This document shows positions 27,688 through 38,608 of a stretch of 64,000 nucleotides of DNA, piece after piece; the first letter of the stretch is position 1, and every line of letters starts with the position of its first letter. Source of the DNA: Sulfurospirillum sp. Its GTDB lineage: Bacteria > Campylobacterota > Campylobacteria > Campylobacterales > Sulfurospirillaceae. Position numbers and translations under genes: made by a program. The stretch lies in NCBI GenBank assembly GCA_045047115.1, contig JASFYR010000009.1, forward strand, positions 64,001 to 128,000, in the 5' to 3' direction. Below the pieces are notes generated by a model. That model was not told the DNA's origin. It ran no database searches and saw only the letters and a program-made list of their open reading frames with translations.

Positions 27688-28569
27688 CTATTTTACAAAG
27701 TCAACTTTTGCTAAATTATGTTTTATGCCTAGTTTATCAGGGCTTATGCCTAACGCTAGTCCTACCATCTGAGGCATATGAAGTATAGGGATAGATACAT
27801 CTTGACCCATCTCTTTACTTATGCTTTTTTGTTGGACATCAAGTCTTAAGTGGCATAGTGGGCAAGGTGTTACCATTGTATCTGCATTGTTTTGGATAGC
27901 ATCAAGCATAGCATTTCCTGAGATTTTGTTTGCTGTTTTTGGTGCTTGAAGTTCTACATGAAAACCGCAACACTTATTTTTGTGTCCATACTCTACACTA
28001 TGACCACCAAGTGCTACGATGAGTCTGTCCAGTGATGTTGGTTTGTATGGATCTTCATTTCCATTTGATGCACCATGTACTTCGTGCGGTCTTATGTTGT
28101 GACAACCATAAAAAGGTGCGATATAGAGATCTTTGAGTGGATTTTTTACTCTTGAAGCTATAGTATCTATGCCAAAATCATCTATAAGAGCATATAAAAA
28201 GTGTTTTATAGGAGATGTTCCTTTGTATTCTAGTCCTACCTCTTTAAGTTTTTCATTTACTCTTTTTTTAAGTTTTTCATCATTGTCTAGTCTATGCTTT
28301 GCAGTCGCTAGGTTTAGTTGACAAGTGTTGCAGACTGTAACTATGGTAAGTCCTCTTTTTTCTGCATAGCATATATTTCTTGCATTTAGTACAAGAGAGA
28401 GAAAATCATCATAATCTTGCATATGAGATGCCCCGCAACATGTAGCCTCTACAAGTTCAACAAGCTCTATATCAAATGCTTCGGCAATCGCCAGGGTTGA
28501 TTGCATAAGTTCTGGTGTGCTCTGTTTTGGTGTGCAACCTACAAAAAATGCGTATTTTAAATTTTCCAT
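27688..28569 (-). CDS. CCG-domain (HdrB-like) anchor subunit of type E succinate:quinone oxidoreductase (SdhE/MfrE)
   Basis: Two CCG motifs (TCCGA, KCCGF) with VCNTC and PCPLC; directly follows sdhB. Confidence 0.88.
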   Translation of the reverse strand: MENLKYAFFVGCTPKQSTPELMQSTLAIAEAFDIELVELVEATCCGASHMQDYDDFLSLVLNARNICYAEKRGLTIVTVCNTCQLNLATAKHRLDNDEKLKKRVNEKLKEVGLEYKGTSPIKHFLYALIDDFGIDTIASRVKNPLKDLYIAPFYGCHNIRPHEVHGASNGNEDPYKPTSLDRLIVALGGHSVEYGHKNKCCGFHVELQAPKTANKISGNAMLDAIQNNADTMVTPCPLCHLRLDVQQKSISKEMGQDVSIPILHMPQMVGLALGISPDKLGIKHNLAKVDFVK

Positions 28570-28578
28570 AAAGCTTCC

Positions 28579-29559
28579 TTACTTAAATTTTACTGTTGAT
28601 GAACTTTTGATGAGTTTTTCAACTTCATCAAGTTTTTGTGATTTTGGCATTTGCCAAGGCATAATGAGCTTTCCGTTTTTAAACATATGCAAGGCTTCAG
28701 GCACATGCTTTAAGACTCCTATATTTCCCTCTGAGTATCTGACAAGTTCCCCCTCATCCAGGAAGCCATGTTTGGCTATAGAGTCTTTAAATCCTACAGC
28801 ATGTCTTGTTGCAACATTGTCTGTTGCCATATTTTCTTCAAATATTTGATTATGTAGTTTAGTTATTTTATCTATTGGTGAGAGTTCTTTTGGGCATGCT
28901 TCTGCACATTCATAGCATTTTACGCAGTCCCAAACGCCTTTGCTTTCTTGATTTACAATATCCAATCTGTCTCTTTTTGCATCATCTCGTACATCAGTAT
29001 TAAATCTAAAAGCTTTTAAAAGTGCAGCCGGTCCTATATAATCACCATTAACCTGAACAGAAGGGCAGGCATAAAAGCAGTTACCGCACTGGATACAGTA
29101 GTCTGCTTCATCAAGTTTATTTGCTTCGCTTTCATTTATGATGTATTCTGATTTTGGATGAGCATCTATTTGAGCTACAAGAAATGGCTTTACGCTATTG
29201 TATTTTTGCCAAAATCTCTCTTTATCTACAACCATATCTTTGATTGCCTGCTTTATATTTTGTGGCTCAAAGACTAATTCATAGCCAAATATCTCTATCA
29301 GGTCAAAAACTCTCTCTTTACAGGAGAGAACAGGTTTATTGTTCACTTTGATGGCACAACTTCCGCAAATTCCATGTCTGCAGCTTCTTCTGTAGCTAAA
29401 AGAGCCGTCTTTTCCCCATTTTATCTTATTGAGTATATCAAGCACGACTTCATCTTGAGCAACATCAAATGAGTAGTTTTCATAATACGGAAGTCTATCG
29501 ATCTCTTTGTTGTATCTGAAAACTTTAAAATTTACCCTTTTTATATCATAATTTTTCAT
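28579..29559 (-). CDS. sdhB: Succinate dehydrogenase/fumarate reductase Fe-S subunit (type E)
   Basis: SCRHGICGSC [2Fe-2S] motif, CIQCGNCFYACP, CVKCYECAEACP, C-terminal extension. Confidence 0.9.
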   Translation of the reverse strand: MKNYDIKRVNFKVFRYNKEIDRLPYYENYSFDVAQDEVVLDILNKIKWGKDGSFSYRRSCRHGICGSCAIKVNNKPVLSCKERVFDLIEIFGYELVFEPQNIKQAIKDMVVDKERFWQKYNSVKPFLVAQIDAHPKSEYIINESEANKLDEADYCIQCGNCFYACPSVQVNGDYIGPAALLKAFRFNTDVRDDAKRDRLDIVNQESKGVWDCVKCYECAEACPKELSPIDKITKLHNQIFEENMATDNVATRHAVGFKDSIAKHGFLDEGELVRYSEGNIGVLKHVPEALHMFKNGKLIMPWQMPKSQKLDEVEKLIKSSSTVKFK

Positions 29560-29568
29560 TTTTTCATC

Positions 29569-31299
29569 CTAATATGTTCGTTCTGTTGGCTTGTATTTGC
29601 CAATCGTTACAGGTTTGTAGTCAATTTTTATACTTCCGTCTTCATTTAGATAGCAATAAGTGTGATTTAAAAAGTTTTCGTCGTCTCTTTTTGGAAAGTC
29701 ATCTCTAAAGTGTGAGCCTCTACTCTCTTTTCTAAGGATTGCTCCCTCAACTATAAAGGCTGAAAAATCAAGCATATGGCCTAACTCTATCGCCTCTTGA
29801 AGATCAGTGTTAAAGACTTTTGATCTATCATCAATTCCTACATTTTTATATCTTCGTTTTAACTCTTTAATGATCTCTTTTTGTTTTAGAAGTTTCTCTT
29901 CCGTCCTAAATACTCCAGCATTTTCAGTCATACTCTTTTGTAGTTCGCTTCTTAATTCGGGAACTCTCTCGCTCCCGCAAGATGATATGAGATCGTCTAT
30001 CTCGTTTATCATGATTGTAGCATCATTTATGTCTGGTTCTTTATGCGTTAAAAACTTATCTTCCTCAAGATCTGCGATGATAGTCTGTCCTACATGGCGA
30101 CCATAAAATACAGCTTCAAGCAATGAATTTGCCCCAAGTCTATTTGCGCCGTGAACACTTACACAAGCGCACTCTCCAGCGGCATAGAAGCTTTTAACAT
30201 TGTGTTCTATATCATATCTTACTCTACCGTGAACATCGGTAGGAATTCCTCCCATGGAGTAGTGAGCAGTTGGTGCTATTAAAATAGGCTCTTTTATCAT
30301 GTCCAACCCCAGGAAAGTAAGGGCCAAATCTCTAAGTTCAGGAAGTTTTGACATAATCTTCTCTTTTCCAAGATGAGTCAAATCAAGATAGACCGCATCT
30401 TTATCTTTACCTACTCCTTTGCCTGCCAAAATCTCTCTCGTGATAGATCTGCTTACCAAATCTCTTGGTCCCAATTCTAATTTTTCAGGTGCGTATTTTT
30501 CCATAAACCTTTCACCTTCGGAGTTAAAGAGTCTTCCGCCTTCTCCTCTTGCGGCTTCGCTTATGAGTATGCCTGTGCCTGCAAGTCCTGTCGGATGAAA
30601 CTGTACAAACTCCATATCTTTAAGAGGAATCCCTCTTCTCGCAACTATAGAGAGCCCGTCACCTGTGTTTGCGTGTGCATTGGAATTTACCGCATAACTT
30701 CGGGCATATCCACCTGTTGCAAACAGAACAGCCTTTGCATAAAATATGCCTTTTTGTCCTGTTTTTATATTGTAAGCTACAACACCACTTACAATCTTTT
30801 CTTTGTTTCCACTATATATGATGTCAGCAACATACCATTCATCCCAAAATTCTACACCATCTCTGTGTGCCTGCTCAAAAAGTGTTTGAAGAAGGGTTAA
30901 ACCTGTTCTGTCCTTTGCATAACAAGCCCTGGGAAAGGATTGTCCTCCAAAAGGTCTTTGGGCTATCGTGCCATCTTCCTCTCTGCTAAATGCAGCCCCC
31001 ATATGCTCAACCCACCTTATAGTTTCAGGTGCACTGCTGCACATAAGCTCAACTGCTTCTTGATTTGCCAGGTAGTCACTACCTTTTATAGTGTCAAATA
31101 TGTGTGACTGTGTACTGTCATCTTCTTTTAAAGCAGCATTTATTCCGCCTTGTGCAGCTCCGGAGTGACTTCTTAGAGGATGGAGTTTTGTCAAAACACA
31201 TACATGTTTACCGTGACTCTCTAGCTCTCTAGCTGCCGCAAGACCAGCAAGACCGGCACCAACTATTACAGCATCATAACGATGAATTGAAATACCCAT
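29569..31299 (-). CDS. sdhA: Succinate dehydrogenase/fumarate reductase flavoprotein subunit
   Basis: [56 protein letters not shown]. Confidence 0.93.
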   Translation of the reverse strand: MGISIHRYDAVIVGAGLAGLAAARELESHGKHVCVLTKLHPLRSHSGAAQGGINAALKEDDSTQSHIFDTIKGSDYLANQEAVELMCSSAPETIRWVEHMGAAFSREEDGTIAQRPFGGQSFPRACYAKDRTGLTLLQTLFEQAHRDGVEFWDEWYVADIIYSGNKEKIVSGVVAYNIKTGQKGIFYAKAVLFATGGYARSYAVNSNAHANTGDGLSIVARRGIPLKDMEFVQFHPTGLAGTGILISEAARGEGGRLFNSEGERFMEKYAPEKLELGPRDLVSRSITREILAGKGVGKDKDAVYLDLTHLGKEKIMSKLPELRDLALTFLGLDMIKEPILIAPTAHYSMGGIPTDVHGRVRYDIEHNVKSFYAAGECACVSVHGANRLGANSLLEAVFYGRHVGQTIIADLEEDKFLTHKEPDINDATIMINEIDDLISSCGSERVPELRSELQKSMTENAGVFRTEEKLLKQKEIIKELKRRYKNVGIDDRSKVFNTDLQEAIELGHMLDFSAFIVEGAILRKESRGSHFRDDFPKRDDENFLNHTYCYLNEDGSIKIDYKPVTIGKYKPTERTY

Positions 31300-31396
31300 G
31301 TGGATTTCCTTAAATTGATATTTTTGAATATAGCTTTATTATATAATTTAATATATAAAAATAAGATTTAATTAAAATAAAAAAGTAAAATTTTTT

Positions 31397-32272
31397 CTAA
31401 ATTAGCAATTTTTCAAAATCTTCCAAATCATAAAGTGTAACATTTCTCGCTTTTTTTAACTCAAGCTCTTTAGAAAAACCACTCTTAGAGAACAGAATGT
31501 ATCTGTCTATCTCTAAATTTGCCTTTTTGCATTTGTTTTGCAATGAGTTGAGAACATTTTTGCAGATTTTGCTGTTTTTCCATTTTGCTTCCCCTGCAAT
31601 TTTGAGATTTGATGTTTGTATATATAAATCTATCTCTACATTCTTATCCCAATAGCTTCCAGATGAGATTATCTCTTTATAGTCTTTAGCTACAAGCTGA
31701 TTTGAAAGTTTTTCAAACTCCAGGCTTATAAACTTTTCCAAATATTGATTGATTGATTTTAGAGTTATTTTATTGTATTTTTTTAATTCCGGCGATATAA
31801 AAGTAAACCAAAATCTTGTAAAATTATTTTTTAGATGTATTTTATCTTGAATTTTATATCTTCTTAAATATTTTTTTAGTGGTTGGTTTTTGGAATTGCG
31901 AAGAGGTTTTTCTCTGCTTACTTCTTTTTGAATTTCTCCAATCTCAAAAAGGTGTTTAAAGAGTTCCCTGCCTTTTATCTGCGGTATGTTTTCCTTTATG
32001 TAAACATTGTGGTTTTTTCTATCTCCTTTTGAAAGTCTTGTTAGTATTTTTTCTATCAATTCTTGATTTTCTTGCATGTGATCGTATATAAAATACTCTT
32101 TGAGAGATTCTATTTTATCTAGTATCTCTTTTTGTATGACGGTATTGAAATCTCTTGAAAGGTTTATTTGGTTTTGCAGAGGATATCCGTCAAAAATAGC
32201 ATAATATATAATTAAATCTTTGATATCCAGATAGGGAAATTTTTTATAAAAATCTTTAAATTCTGAAACCAA
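31397..32272 (-). CDS. DUF234-type protein with C-terminal PD-(D/E)XK-like domain
   Basis: FTRFWFTFI, FEKLS, GSYWDKNVEIDL, AGEAKW, LFSKSGF; no Walker A visible. Confidence 0.72.
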   Translation of the reverse strand: MVSEFKDFYKKFPYLDIKDLIIYYAIFDGYPLQNQINLSRDFNTVIQKEILDKIESLKEYFIYDHMQENQELIEKILTRLSKGDRKNHNVYIKENIPQIKGRELFKHLFEIGEIQKEVSREKPLRNSKNQPLKKYLRRYKIQDKIHLKNNFTRFWFTFISPELKKYNKITLKSINQYLEKFISLEFEKLSNQLVAKDYKEIISSGSYWDKNVEIDLYIQTSNLKIAGEAKWKNSKICKNVLNSLQNKCKKANLEIDRYILFSKSGFSKELELKKARNVTLYDLEDFEKLLI

Positions 32273-33718
32273 CTAAAACTTTTTCCAAAATGTTTTACTT
32301 AGCATTATAAATACAGTATAGCACTCCAACCTTCCTATTATCATGGAAATTGAGAGCAAAAGCTTATCATACCAAGAAAAAAATGTATAGTTTTCAGCCG
32401 GACCAACCAGTGAAAAACCGGGTCCTACATTGCCAACAGTTGTCATAGCAGTGCTTATAGAAGTCATTTCATCATAGCCTCTTGCATAAAGATATATCAT
32501 TACAAAAAATATAGTCAACATATACAGTGAGAAAAATCCGAAAATAGAGCTGATGATATTGCTTTTTACAGGTTTTTCATCTATAAATATAGATATAATT
32601 GAGTCGGGTTTTAGTGATCTTCTTATTTCTAAGGATATATTTTTAAAGTATATAATGTATCTGATGACTTTTGGACCACCTGCGGTTGAACCGGCATTTG
32701 CACCTATTATCATCGCTATCAGGATAATAGCTATGGAAAAATGTCCCCAGGTAGAGTAGTCCTGCGAGGCAAATCCTGTGGTAGTCATGATCGAAACGAT
32801 GGTAAATGTGGAGTGCATAAAATCTTTGTACAAGTTTGTAAAACCATCAAAATGTGAAAAAGTAAGCAGTGCCGATAAAAAAGCAAGTAAAGCCAGATAC
32901 CACTTGATCTCTTCAAGATTATAGCTTTTTAGATCACCGCTTAAAAATCGGATATGAGCCAAAAAATTGATACCGGAGATAATCATAAAAAATATCGTTG
33001 TCCATATAATTCCGTTATTGCCTCCCCAAAAGCCCAAAGAACTGTTTTTTGTTGAAAAGCCACCTGTCGATACAGTTGCAAAAGCATGGTTGACGGCATC
33101 AAACCAGTTCATACCAAAAAACTTCAGACAAAGTATATTTGCAATTGTAAAGAGCAGATAAACCCCCCACAGTTTATTTGCAGTATCTTTTATGCGAGGT
33201 GTGATTTTATCAGTAGAGATACCTGTTGATTCGGCTTTAAAAAGGCTAAGAGAACCACTCGGATTGATGAGTGGAAAAAGTCCGACACCCAAAACTATGA
33301 TACCCATACCGCCTATCCAATGCATAAGGCTTCTGTGTAAAAGTATATTTCTAGGCAGATCTTCTATGTCACTATATACTGTGGCACCAGTTGTCGTAAA
33401 GCCACTTATCGCTTCAAAAAAACCGCTTGAAAAGTCTATACCTGTTTGTAGCATGAGAGGAAGTGCCCCGCCTATCCCCAAAAGAATCCAGACGAGATTT
33501 ACAGAGACTATACTCTCTTTTATGCCAAAAGACATCTTGTAGTTTTTAAGAGAAAAAAAAATTATAAGATTAAGTAATAAAAGTGAAGATATTACAAAAA
33601 AAGTACCAGTTATATTTTCATAATACAGATATCCCAATCCGACAGGAATCAAAAAAAGCAAAAAAACAACAATCCCGACTGCAGATGTAAATTTTAATAC
33701 GCTCTTTATATTTACCAT
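32273..33718 (-). CDS. trkH: Trk potassium uptake membrane subunit
   Basis: FFEAISGFTTTGAT, STGGFS, TTTGF, GSTAGG, GNVGPG, GRLE. Confidence 0.95.
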   Translation of the reverse strand: MVNIKSVLKFTSAVGIVVFLLFLIPVGLGYLYYENITGTFFVISSLLLLNLIIFFSLKNYKMSFGIKESIVSVNLVWILLGIGGALPLMLQTGIDFSSGFFEAISGFTTTGATVYSDIEDLPRNILLHRSLMHWIGGMGIIVLGVGLFPLINPSGSLSLFKAESTGISTDKITPRIKDTANKLWGVYLLFTIANILCLKFFGMNWFDAVNHAFATVSTGGFSTKNSSLGFWGGNNGIIWTTIFFMIISGINFLAHIRFLSGDLKSYNLEEIKWYLALLAFLSALLTFSHFDGFTNLYKDFMHSTFTIVSIMTTTGFASQDYSTWGHFSIAIILIAMIIGANAGSTAGGPKVIRYIIYFKNISLEIRRSLKPDSIISIFIDEKPVKSNIISSIFGFFSLYMLTIFFVMIYLYARGYDEMTSISTAMTTVGNVGPGFSLVGPAENYTFFSWYDKLLLSISMIIGRLECYTVFIMLSKTFWKKF

Positions 33719-35055
33719 TAGCTTTGATGTAACCAGTTTGAAATCATTTCAGAGTTTTCCTTTTTGGTTATTGCTACAATTATGTCGTTTTCCAAGAAAC
33801 TTTCAATCGAGTTGTATTTGAGGATATTGCCATCTCTTTGTATGAAAAAACCACCTAAGCTCTCAAGTTTTGAAGAGAGAGATAAAAACTCTCCAATCAT
33901 ATCTGATGCAGCAAAAATCTTTCTTATCATCAGTACACCTTCTCCACCACAAAATTGTCTTTTTATGACTATCTTTGATGATTCTATCTTTTCGAGTATA
34001 GAGTAGTAGGCATTGATTTTTTCACCCCTTACAACTTCAAGGTTTAAGTTCCTCATCAATTCTGAGTATGCTATATCGTTATTTATCGTTATGACCTTAT
34101 TAATGCCGTAGTATTTAGCTTCCATACATTTGGTTATATTATACTCATCATTGCCGGAAGAGACGATAAAAAGATCAGGATTTACACCGTCGCTCTCTAG
34201 CATATGATCAGAATCATAGGTGCTTTTTATAACTGTAACTTTGTCCTTTAAAATAAGATTTGCCTTTTCGCACTTTTTTAAGTCTCTATCAACGATTTGT
34301 ATATTTAAATCTTTTTTAATGAGTACTTTTGCTATCTCCAGACCCAATGAGTCAGCCCCAAAAATTACGCAGTTTCTAATATCATATCTTGCGTCATCCT
34401 CGGGATACATTCTGTATTGCAGTTCTTTTACAGCTTTTGGATATGCATAAAAATATACCAGGTCTCCAGGATTTAGCATGTCTGCATCATTCGGAATGTA
34501 AAATTCACCATTTCTTTCTATGCCTGCTGCTACAATTTTTTGTTTTAAATCGTTTGTAAAAGATGAAATTATGATCGCCTCAAAGTCATCAGGAATTTTT
34601 AGGGATACAAGAAGTGCTTTTGTGTATTCAAATGATTTTACATTTCTTGCTATTGGAAAATCTAAAAGGTATTTAAATGGCTGGGCTGCTTCAAAAGCCG
34701 GTACAACAAAATCATTGATTCCCAATCTCTCTTTTACCAAGTCATCTGCAAAGAAGCTATTTCTTAGTCTTATTATTTTTTTATTGACTTTTGTTATTTT
34801 GTCAATAATCAAAGAGGCTACCATATTTACCTCATCAGAGTCTGTTACTCCGATGAAAAGATCTATATCTGAATCAACCGATAAGTAGGTATGAGGATTT
34901 TCTATATCGCCACAAACTGCCAAAACATCCAGATTTTCTTCTATCTTTTTTATGGCTGCCTCGTTTTTATCAATAACTGTTACATTATTATGAACCATAA
35001 GGTGTTTGGCTATCATGTAGCCAACTTTACCTGCTCCGGCGATGATTATTTGCAT
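33718..35055 (-). CDS. trkA: Trk potassium uptake NAD-binding subunit
   Basis: IIAGAGKVG RCK_N motif, VTDSDEVN, second more degenerate RCK_N; adjacent to trkH. Confidence 0.9.
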   Translation of the reverse strand: MQIIIAGAGKVGYMIAKHLMVHNNVTVIDKNEAAIKKIEENLDVLAVCGDIENPHTYLSVDSDIDLFIGVTDSDEVNMVASLIIDKITKVNKKIIRLRNSFFADDLVKERLGINDFVVPAFEAAQPFKYLLDFPIARNVKSFEYTKALLVSLKIPDDFEAIIISSFTNDLKQKIVAAGIERNGEFYIPNDADMLNPGDLVYFYAYPKAVKELQYRMYPEDDARYDIRNCVIFGADSLGLEIAKVLIKKDLNIQIVDRDLKKCEKANLILKDKVTVIKSTYDSDHMLESDGVNPDLFIVSSGNDEYNITKCMEAKYYGINKVITINNDIAYSELMRNLNLEVVRGEKINAYYSILEKIESSKIVIKRQFCGGEGVLMIRKIFAASDMIGEFLSLSSKLESLGGFFIQRDGNILKYNSIESFLENDIIVAITKKENSEMISNWLHQS

Positions 35056-35157
35056 TAAAATAGTTCCTTAAAACAAAAATAAGAAAAATATTATAGCACA
35101 AGAGGTCTCTGGTAATTCTTAAATGAAATTTTTTAAAGAGATAAAAAGATTAAGTAG

Positions 35158-35234
35158 TGGTGGGTTCTAAGTGACTCGAACACTTGACCGCCCGGTTATG
35201 AGCCGGGAGCTCTAACCAACTGAGCTAAGAACCC
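35158..35234 (-). tRNA. tRNA with CAT anticodon, probably tRNA-Ile2 (lysidine) rather than Met
   Basis: Minus strand GGGTTCTTAGCTCAGTTGGTTAGAGCTCCCGGCTCATAACCGGGCGGTCAAGTGTTCGAGTCACTTAGAACCCACCA: full cloverleaf, paired 1-72 (not initiator), encoded CCA. Confidence 0.93.
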
Positions 35235-35295
35235 ACTCTTTTAAGGCTGAAATTTTACTGTTTTATTAATTAAAATTAGATTAAAAAAAAGATAT

Positions 35296-36408
35296 TTATC
35301 TAATATTTCTGTATTTTACAGATTTGTGTGTAGGATCAAATCTAAATGCAAGAGTATTTTCAAGTATGCCAAAGAAAATCATAAAGGTGATAAAACTGCT
35401 ACCTCCATAGCTAAAAAAAGGCAAAGGAACACCGACTACAGGGGCTAAACCTATGGTCATGGCTATGTTTACACTGGAGTAAACAAAAATCAAAAAGCTG
35501 ATACCTGTTGTTATGACCTGTGCAAAATAGTCTTTTTTTAGTTTAAAATTAAGTGTAATCATATGAATGACAAGCAGTGCATAAAAAGATATTAACCCAA
35601 GAGCACCCCAAAAGCCAAACCTCTCAACATAATATGCGAAAATAAAGTCACTTGTAGCAATGGGTAAAAATTTATAATGTGTCTGAGTCGCTTCTTCCTT
35701 AACTTTGCCTGTGAGTCCACCTGAGCCTATGGCTATGATTGATTGTCTGACATGGTAGCTTGGTTTTTCGGAGATAAAATCAGATATTCTCTTTTTTTGG
35801 TAGTTATGCAGAGAGTTGTATAAAAAAGGCCCGCTGATACTTATGATGATAAAGAGTGTTGCCCAAATCTTTTTATTTACGCCCATGATAAAGAGTGTAC
35901 CGTAGCCCACAAGAAGTAAAACCATAGCAGTTCCAAGGTCCGGTTCTTTTGCTATAAGAAGAAAAGGAAGAAGTATATAAAAACTCAACTTTAAAAAACT
36001 TCTCCATCCATAGCCTTTTTTATCTGGTGGATTTTGTTTGATGAGATATGCCAACATCAATATAAACATGGGTTTAAATATCTCTGAAGGCTGTATGGTA
36101 AAGTGCACAAAAGGAATGTCGAGCCATCTTTTTGCACCGAGTCTTGAGATTCCGAAAAAATCTACACTTATGAGTAAAAATATAGTTATCCAGTAGAAAA
36201 AAGGGATAAGCCACTCTAGTTTTTTAATAGGAATAAAGAAAAAAAATCCAAATGCAATCAATCCTATGGTAAAATAGATCAACTGTTTTTCTGCTAGTGT
36301 TATACTGACTTCGGATATGAGATAGTAAGACATAGCAATGATAGGTAAAACCAAAATGGGCAATAAAAAATCAAAGTGAGTTAAAATTCTTCTGTCGATT
36401 TGTAACAA
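35296..36408 (-). CDS. rodA: Rod shape-determining SEDS protein RodA
   Basis: GAKRW, IQPSEIFK, EPDLGT, QSIIAIGSGG, SDFIF, PVVGVPLPFFSYGGSS. Confidence 0.9.
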   Translation of the reverse strand: MLQIDRRILTHFDFLLPILVLPIIAMSYYLISEVSITLAEKQLIYFTIGLIAFGFFFFIPIKKLEWLIPFFYWITIFLLISVDFFGISRLGAKRWLDIPFVHFTIQPSEIFKPMFILMLAYLIKQNPPDKKGYGWRSFLKLSFYILLPFLLIAKEPDLGTAMVLLLVGYGTLFIMGVNKKIWATLFIIISISGPFLYNSLHNYQKKRISDFISEKPSYHVRQSIIAIGSGGLTGKVKEEATQTHYKFLPIATSDFIFAYYVERFGFWGALGLISFYALLVIHMITLNFKLKKDYFAQVITTGISFLIFVYSSVNIAMTIGLAPVVGVPLPFFSYGGSSFITFMIFFGILENTLAFRFDPTHKSVKYRNIR

Positions 36409-36456
36409 AACATGCCTTAATAAAATGATGAAGTATTATATCGAAAAAGAGGAAAA

Positions 36457-37416
36457 ATGACCTTTACATGTAGAAAGTGTGGAAGAGCTGATGTTGTATT
36501 AAGCGCAGAGCTTGAGATATCAAGATCTCAAATAGAAAAATTTATAAAAACTGTTGGCATCGAAATAAATGGTAAAAAAATCAACAAATCCGGTTTTAAG
36601 TTAGAAATTGGAGATGAAATATCTTATGAGTTTGAAAATATGGTGAAGCAAAAGAGTGAATATGAAGTAGATTTTGATGTAGATATTTTATATGAAGATG
36701 ATGATCTGCTTGTAGTAAATAAACCTCCTTTTTTGACAGTTCATGGGGCACCTAGCGTTAAAGAGGCAACTTTGGTTGACTGGCTGAAAAAAAAAGGTAT
36801 CTCTCTTTCGACTATAAGTGGAGAAGAGAGACACGGAATCGTTCACAGGATTGACAAAGAGACTAGCGGGGCACTTGTAGTTGCAAAAAATAACGAATCT
36901 CATGCCAAACTCTCAAAACAGCTTGAAAACAAAAGCATGGGAAGATATTATCTGGCTCTTATCGACCTTCCGCTTAAAGATAATATAGTAGTAGAAAAGC
37001 CTATAGCAAGAAATCCAAAAAATAGACTCAAAATGGCAGTTGTAGAGGATGGAAAACATGCAAAAAGTGCATTTTTAAAACTTCTCTCACTTGATTCAAA
37101 GAAATGTGAACTTATCGCAGCAAAACTATACACGGGAAGAACACATCAGATAAGAGTTCATTTAAATTCACTTTCACGTCATATTTTAGGGGATAGTTTA
37201 TATGGTTTTAAGAGCCAAAAAGGTAAAATAAAAAGAGTTATGTTACATGCTTATATATTGTATTTTATACATCCAAAAAGTGGAAAGTTGATGCAGATAA
37301 AAGCACCCTTTTTTGAAGATTTTGAAAATGTAATGTATAGATTTTTTAATAAGGAAAAAATTCATGAAAATATTAAGACTGATACTATTATCAATAGTTT
37401 CAATACTATTTTTTAG
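36457..37416 (+). CDS. rluD: RluA/RluD-family 23S rRNA pseudouridine synthase
   Basis: N-terminal S4-like region, VVNKP, GIVHRIDKETSG, TGRTHQIRVH, MLHA. Confidence 0.85.
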   Translation: MTFTCRKCGRADVVLSAELEISRSQIEKFIKTVGIEINGKKINKSGFKLEIGDEISYEFENMVKQKSEYEVDFDVDILYEDDDLLVVNKPPFLTVHGAPSVKEATLVDWLKKKGISLSTISGEERHGIVHRIDKETSGALVVAKNNESHAKLSKQLENKSMGRYYLALIDLPLKDNIVVEKPIARNPKNRLKMAVVEDGKHAKSAFLKLLSLDSKKCELIAAKLYTGRTHQIRVHLNSLSRHILGDSLYGFKSQKGKIKRVMLHAYILYFIHPKSGKLMQIKAPFFEDFENVMYRFFNKEKIHENIKTDTIINSFNTIF

Positions 37417-38599
37417 TGGTTGCCAAACAATACCCAATACGCCTATGAAACCCAGGATTGATCCCAGCTTGCCTACAGTAACGGGACTAAAAGTTCTATC
37501 AGATATAACTGAAGTAGGTTTTGAGTGGAAACCAAACTATGATGAAAGGATTATGGGCTACTACGTATATAGGTCAAATCCAAAAGAGCAGACAAACAAG
37601 CTACACAGAGTCGCTACAATCAAAGATAGATACAGTTCTCATTATGTAGATACGGGTTTACAGCCGCAAACAAGATACTACTATAGATTTTCAACTTTCT
37701 CTAACGATAAAAGAGAGTCTGTTCCTAGCAAAATGATTACAGTTACTACCAAAAGGATGATATCTTCTGTTGTATTTTTAAAAGCGATTGTGGGGCTTCC
37801 AAACAGAGTGAAGATTATCTGGAGACCATCAGAGTATCCTAGAGTTTCAGCATACATTATAGAGAGAAATGACCTTAGTTCTATGAAGTGGAAAAAGGTA
37901 GCTACTGTAAAAGGAAGATTGAGTGCAGAGTATATAGATGCCGGATTAAAAAATAACTATTTGTACAAGTATAGAATCAGAGTTAAGACTTATGACGGTC
38001 TCGTCTCGAAGCCTAGTCAGATAGTTGAAGCATCTACAAAGCCACTGCCTCCTGTTGTTGAGAATCTTAGAGCCACACACAATCTTCCAAAGAAGATTGT
38101 TCTTACTTGGAATCTGTCTCCAAAGCCTGATATATCTTACTATAAGGTATATAGAACTCTAAATCCTATATTTTTTTATAGCTATCATGCAAAAACCAAA
38201 GACAATAAATTTGAAGATTTGATAAATGAAAATGGAAAAAGTTACTATTATAAAGTTACAGCTGTAGATAAAGATGGTTTGGAATCACCAAAGCAACCCT
38301 CGGCAATAGCTGGAACAACCTTGGATATTCCGCTTCCTGTTTCAATCACATCTCTCAGGCAAGACGGTAAAAGTGTGATGTTGACCTGGATGGGAAATGA
38401 TAACAGAGCAGTAAGTTATAATATAAAAAAAGAGTATAAAGGTAAAACTGTAAATTTAACAGGTATCAGATCTTTTAGTTATCAAGACAGAGATGTGATA
38501 CCCGGAGTCGAATACAAATATAGCGTCATAGCTATAGATAAATACGGTTTGGAGTCAAAACCATCAGAGCCTGTACTTGTGTCTATACCAAAGGAATAG
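37364..38599 (+). CDS. Fibronectin type III domain lipoprotein (FlpA-like)
   Basis: Lipobox FFSGC; repeated FN3 motifs (W...GYYVYR...YYY.V.AVD..GLES); same position as Campylobacter flpA. Confidence 0.88.
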   Translation: MKILRLILLSIVSILFFSGCQTIPNTPMKPRIDPSLPTVTGLKVLSDITEVGFEWKPNYDERIMGYYVYRSNPKEQTNKLHRVATIKDRYSSHYVDTGLQPQTRYYYRFSTFSNDKRESVPSKMITVTTKRMISSVVFLKAIVGLPNRVKIIWRPSEYPRVSAYIIERNDLSSMKWKKVATVKGRLSAEYIDAGLKNNYLYKYRIRVKTYDGLVSKPSQIVEASTKPLPPVVENLRATHNLPKKIVLTWNLSPKPDISYYKVYRTLNPIFFYSYHAKTKDNKFEDLINENGKSYYYKVTAVDKDGLESPKQPSAIAGTTLDIPLPVSITSLRQDGKSVMLTWMGNDNRAVSYNIKKEYKGKTVNLTGIRSFSYQDRDVIPGVEYKYSVIAIDKYGLESKPSEPVLVSIPKE

Positions 38600-38608
38600 A
38601 TAAGATAT

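Noticed and set aside
27688..28569. Methanogen-type heterodisulfide reductase
   Set aside because: The CCG protein is operonic with sdhA/sdhB, as expected for a type E complex; no hdrA is present.
35158..35234. tRNA as integration site of a prophage or island
   Set aside because: No integrase and no duplicated tRNA 3' end were seen; the flanks are housekeeping genes.
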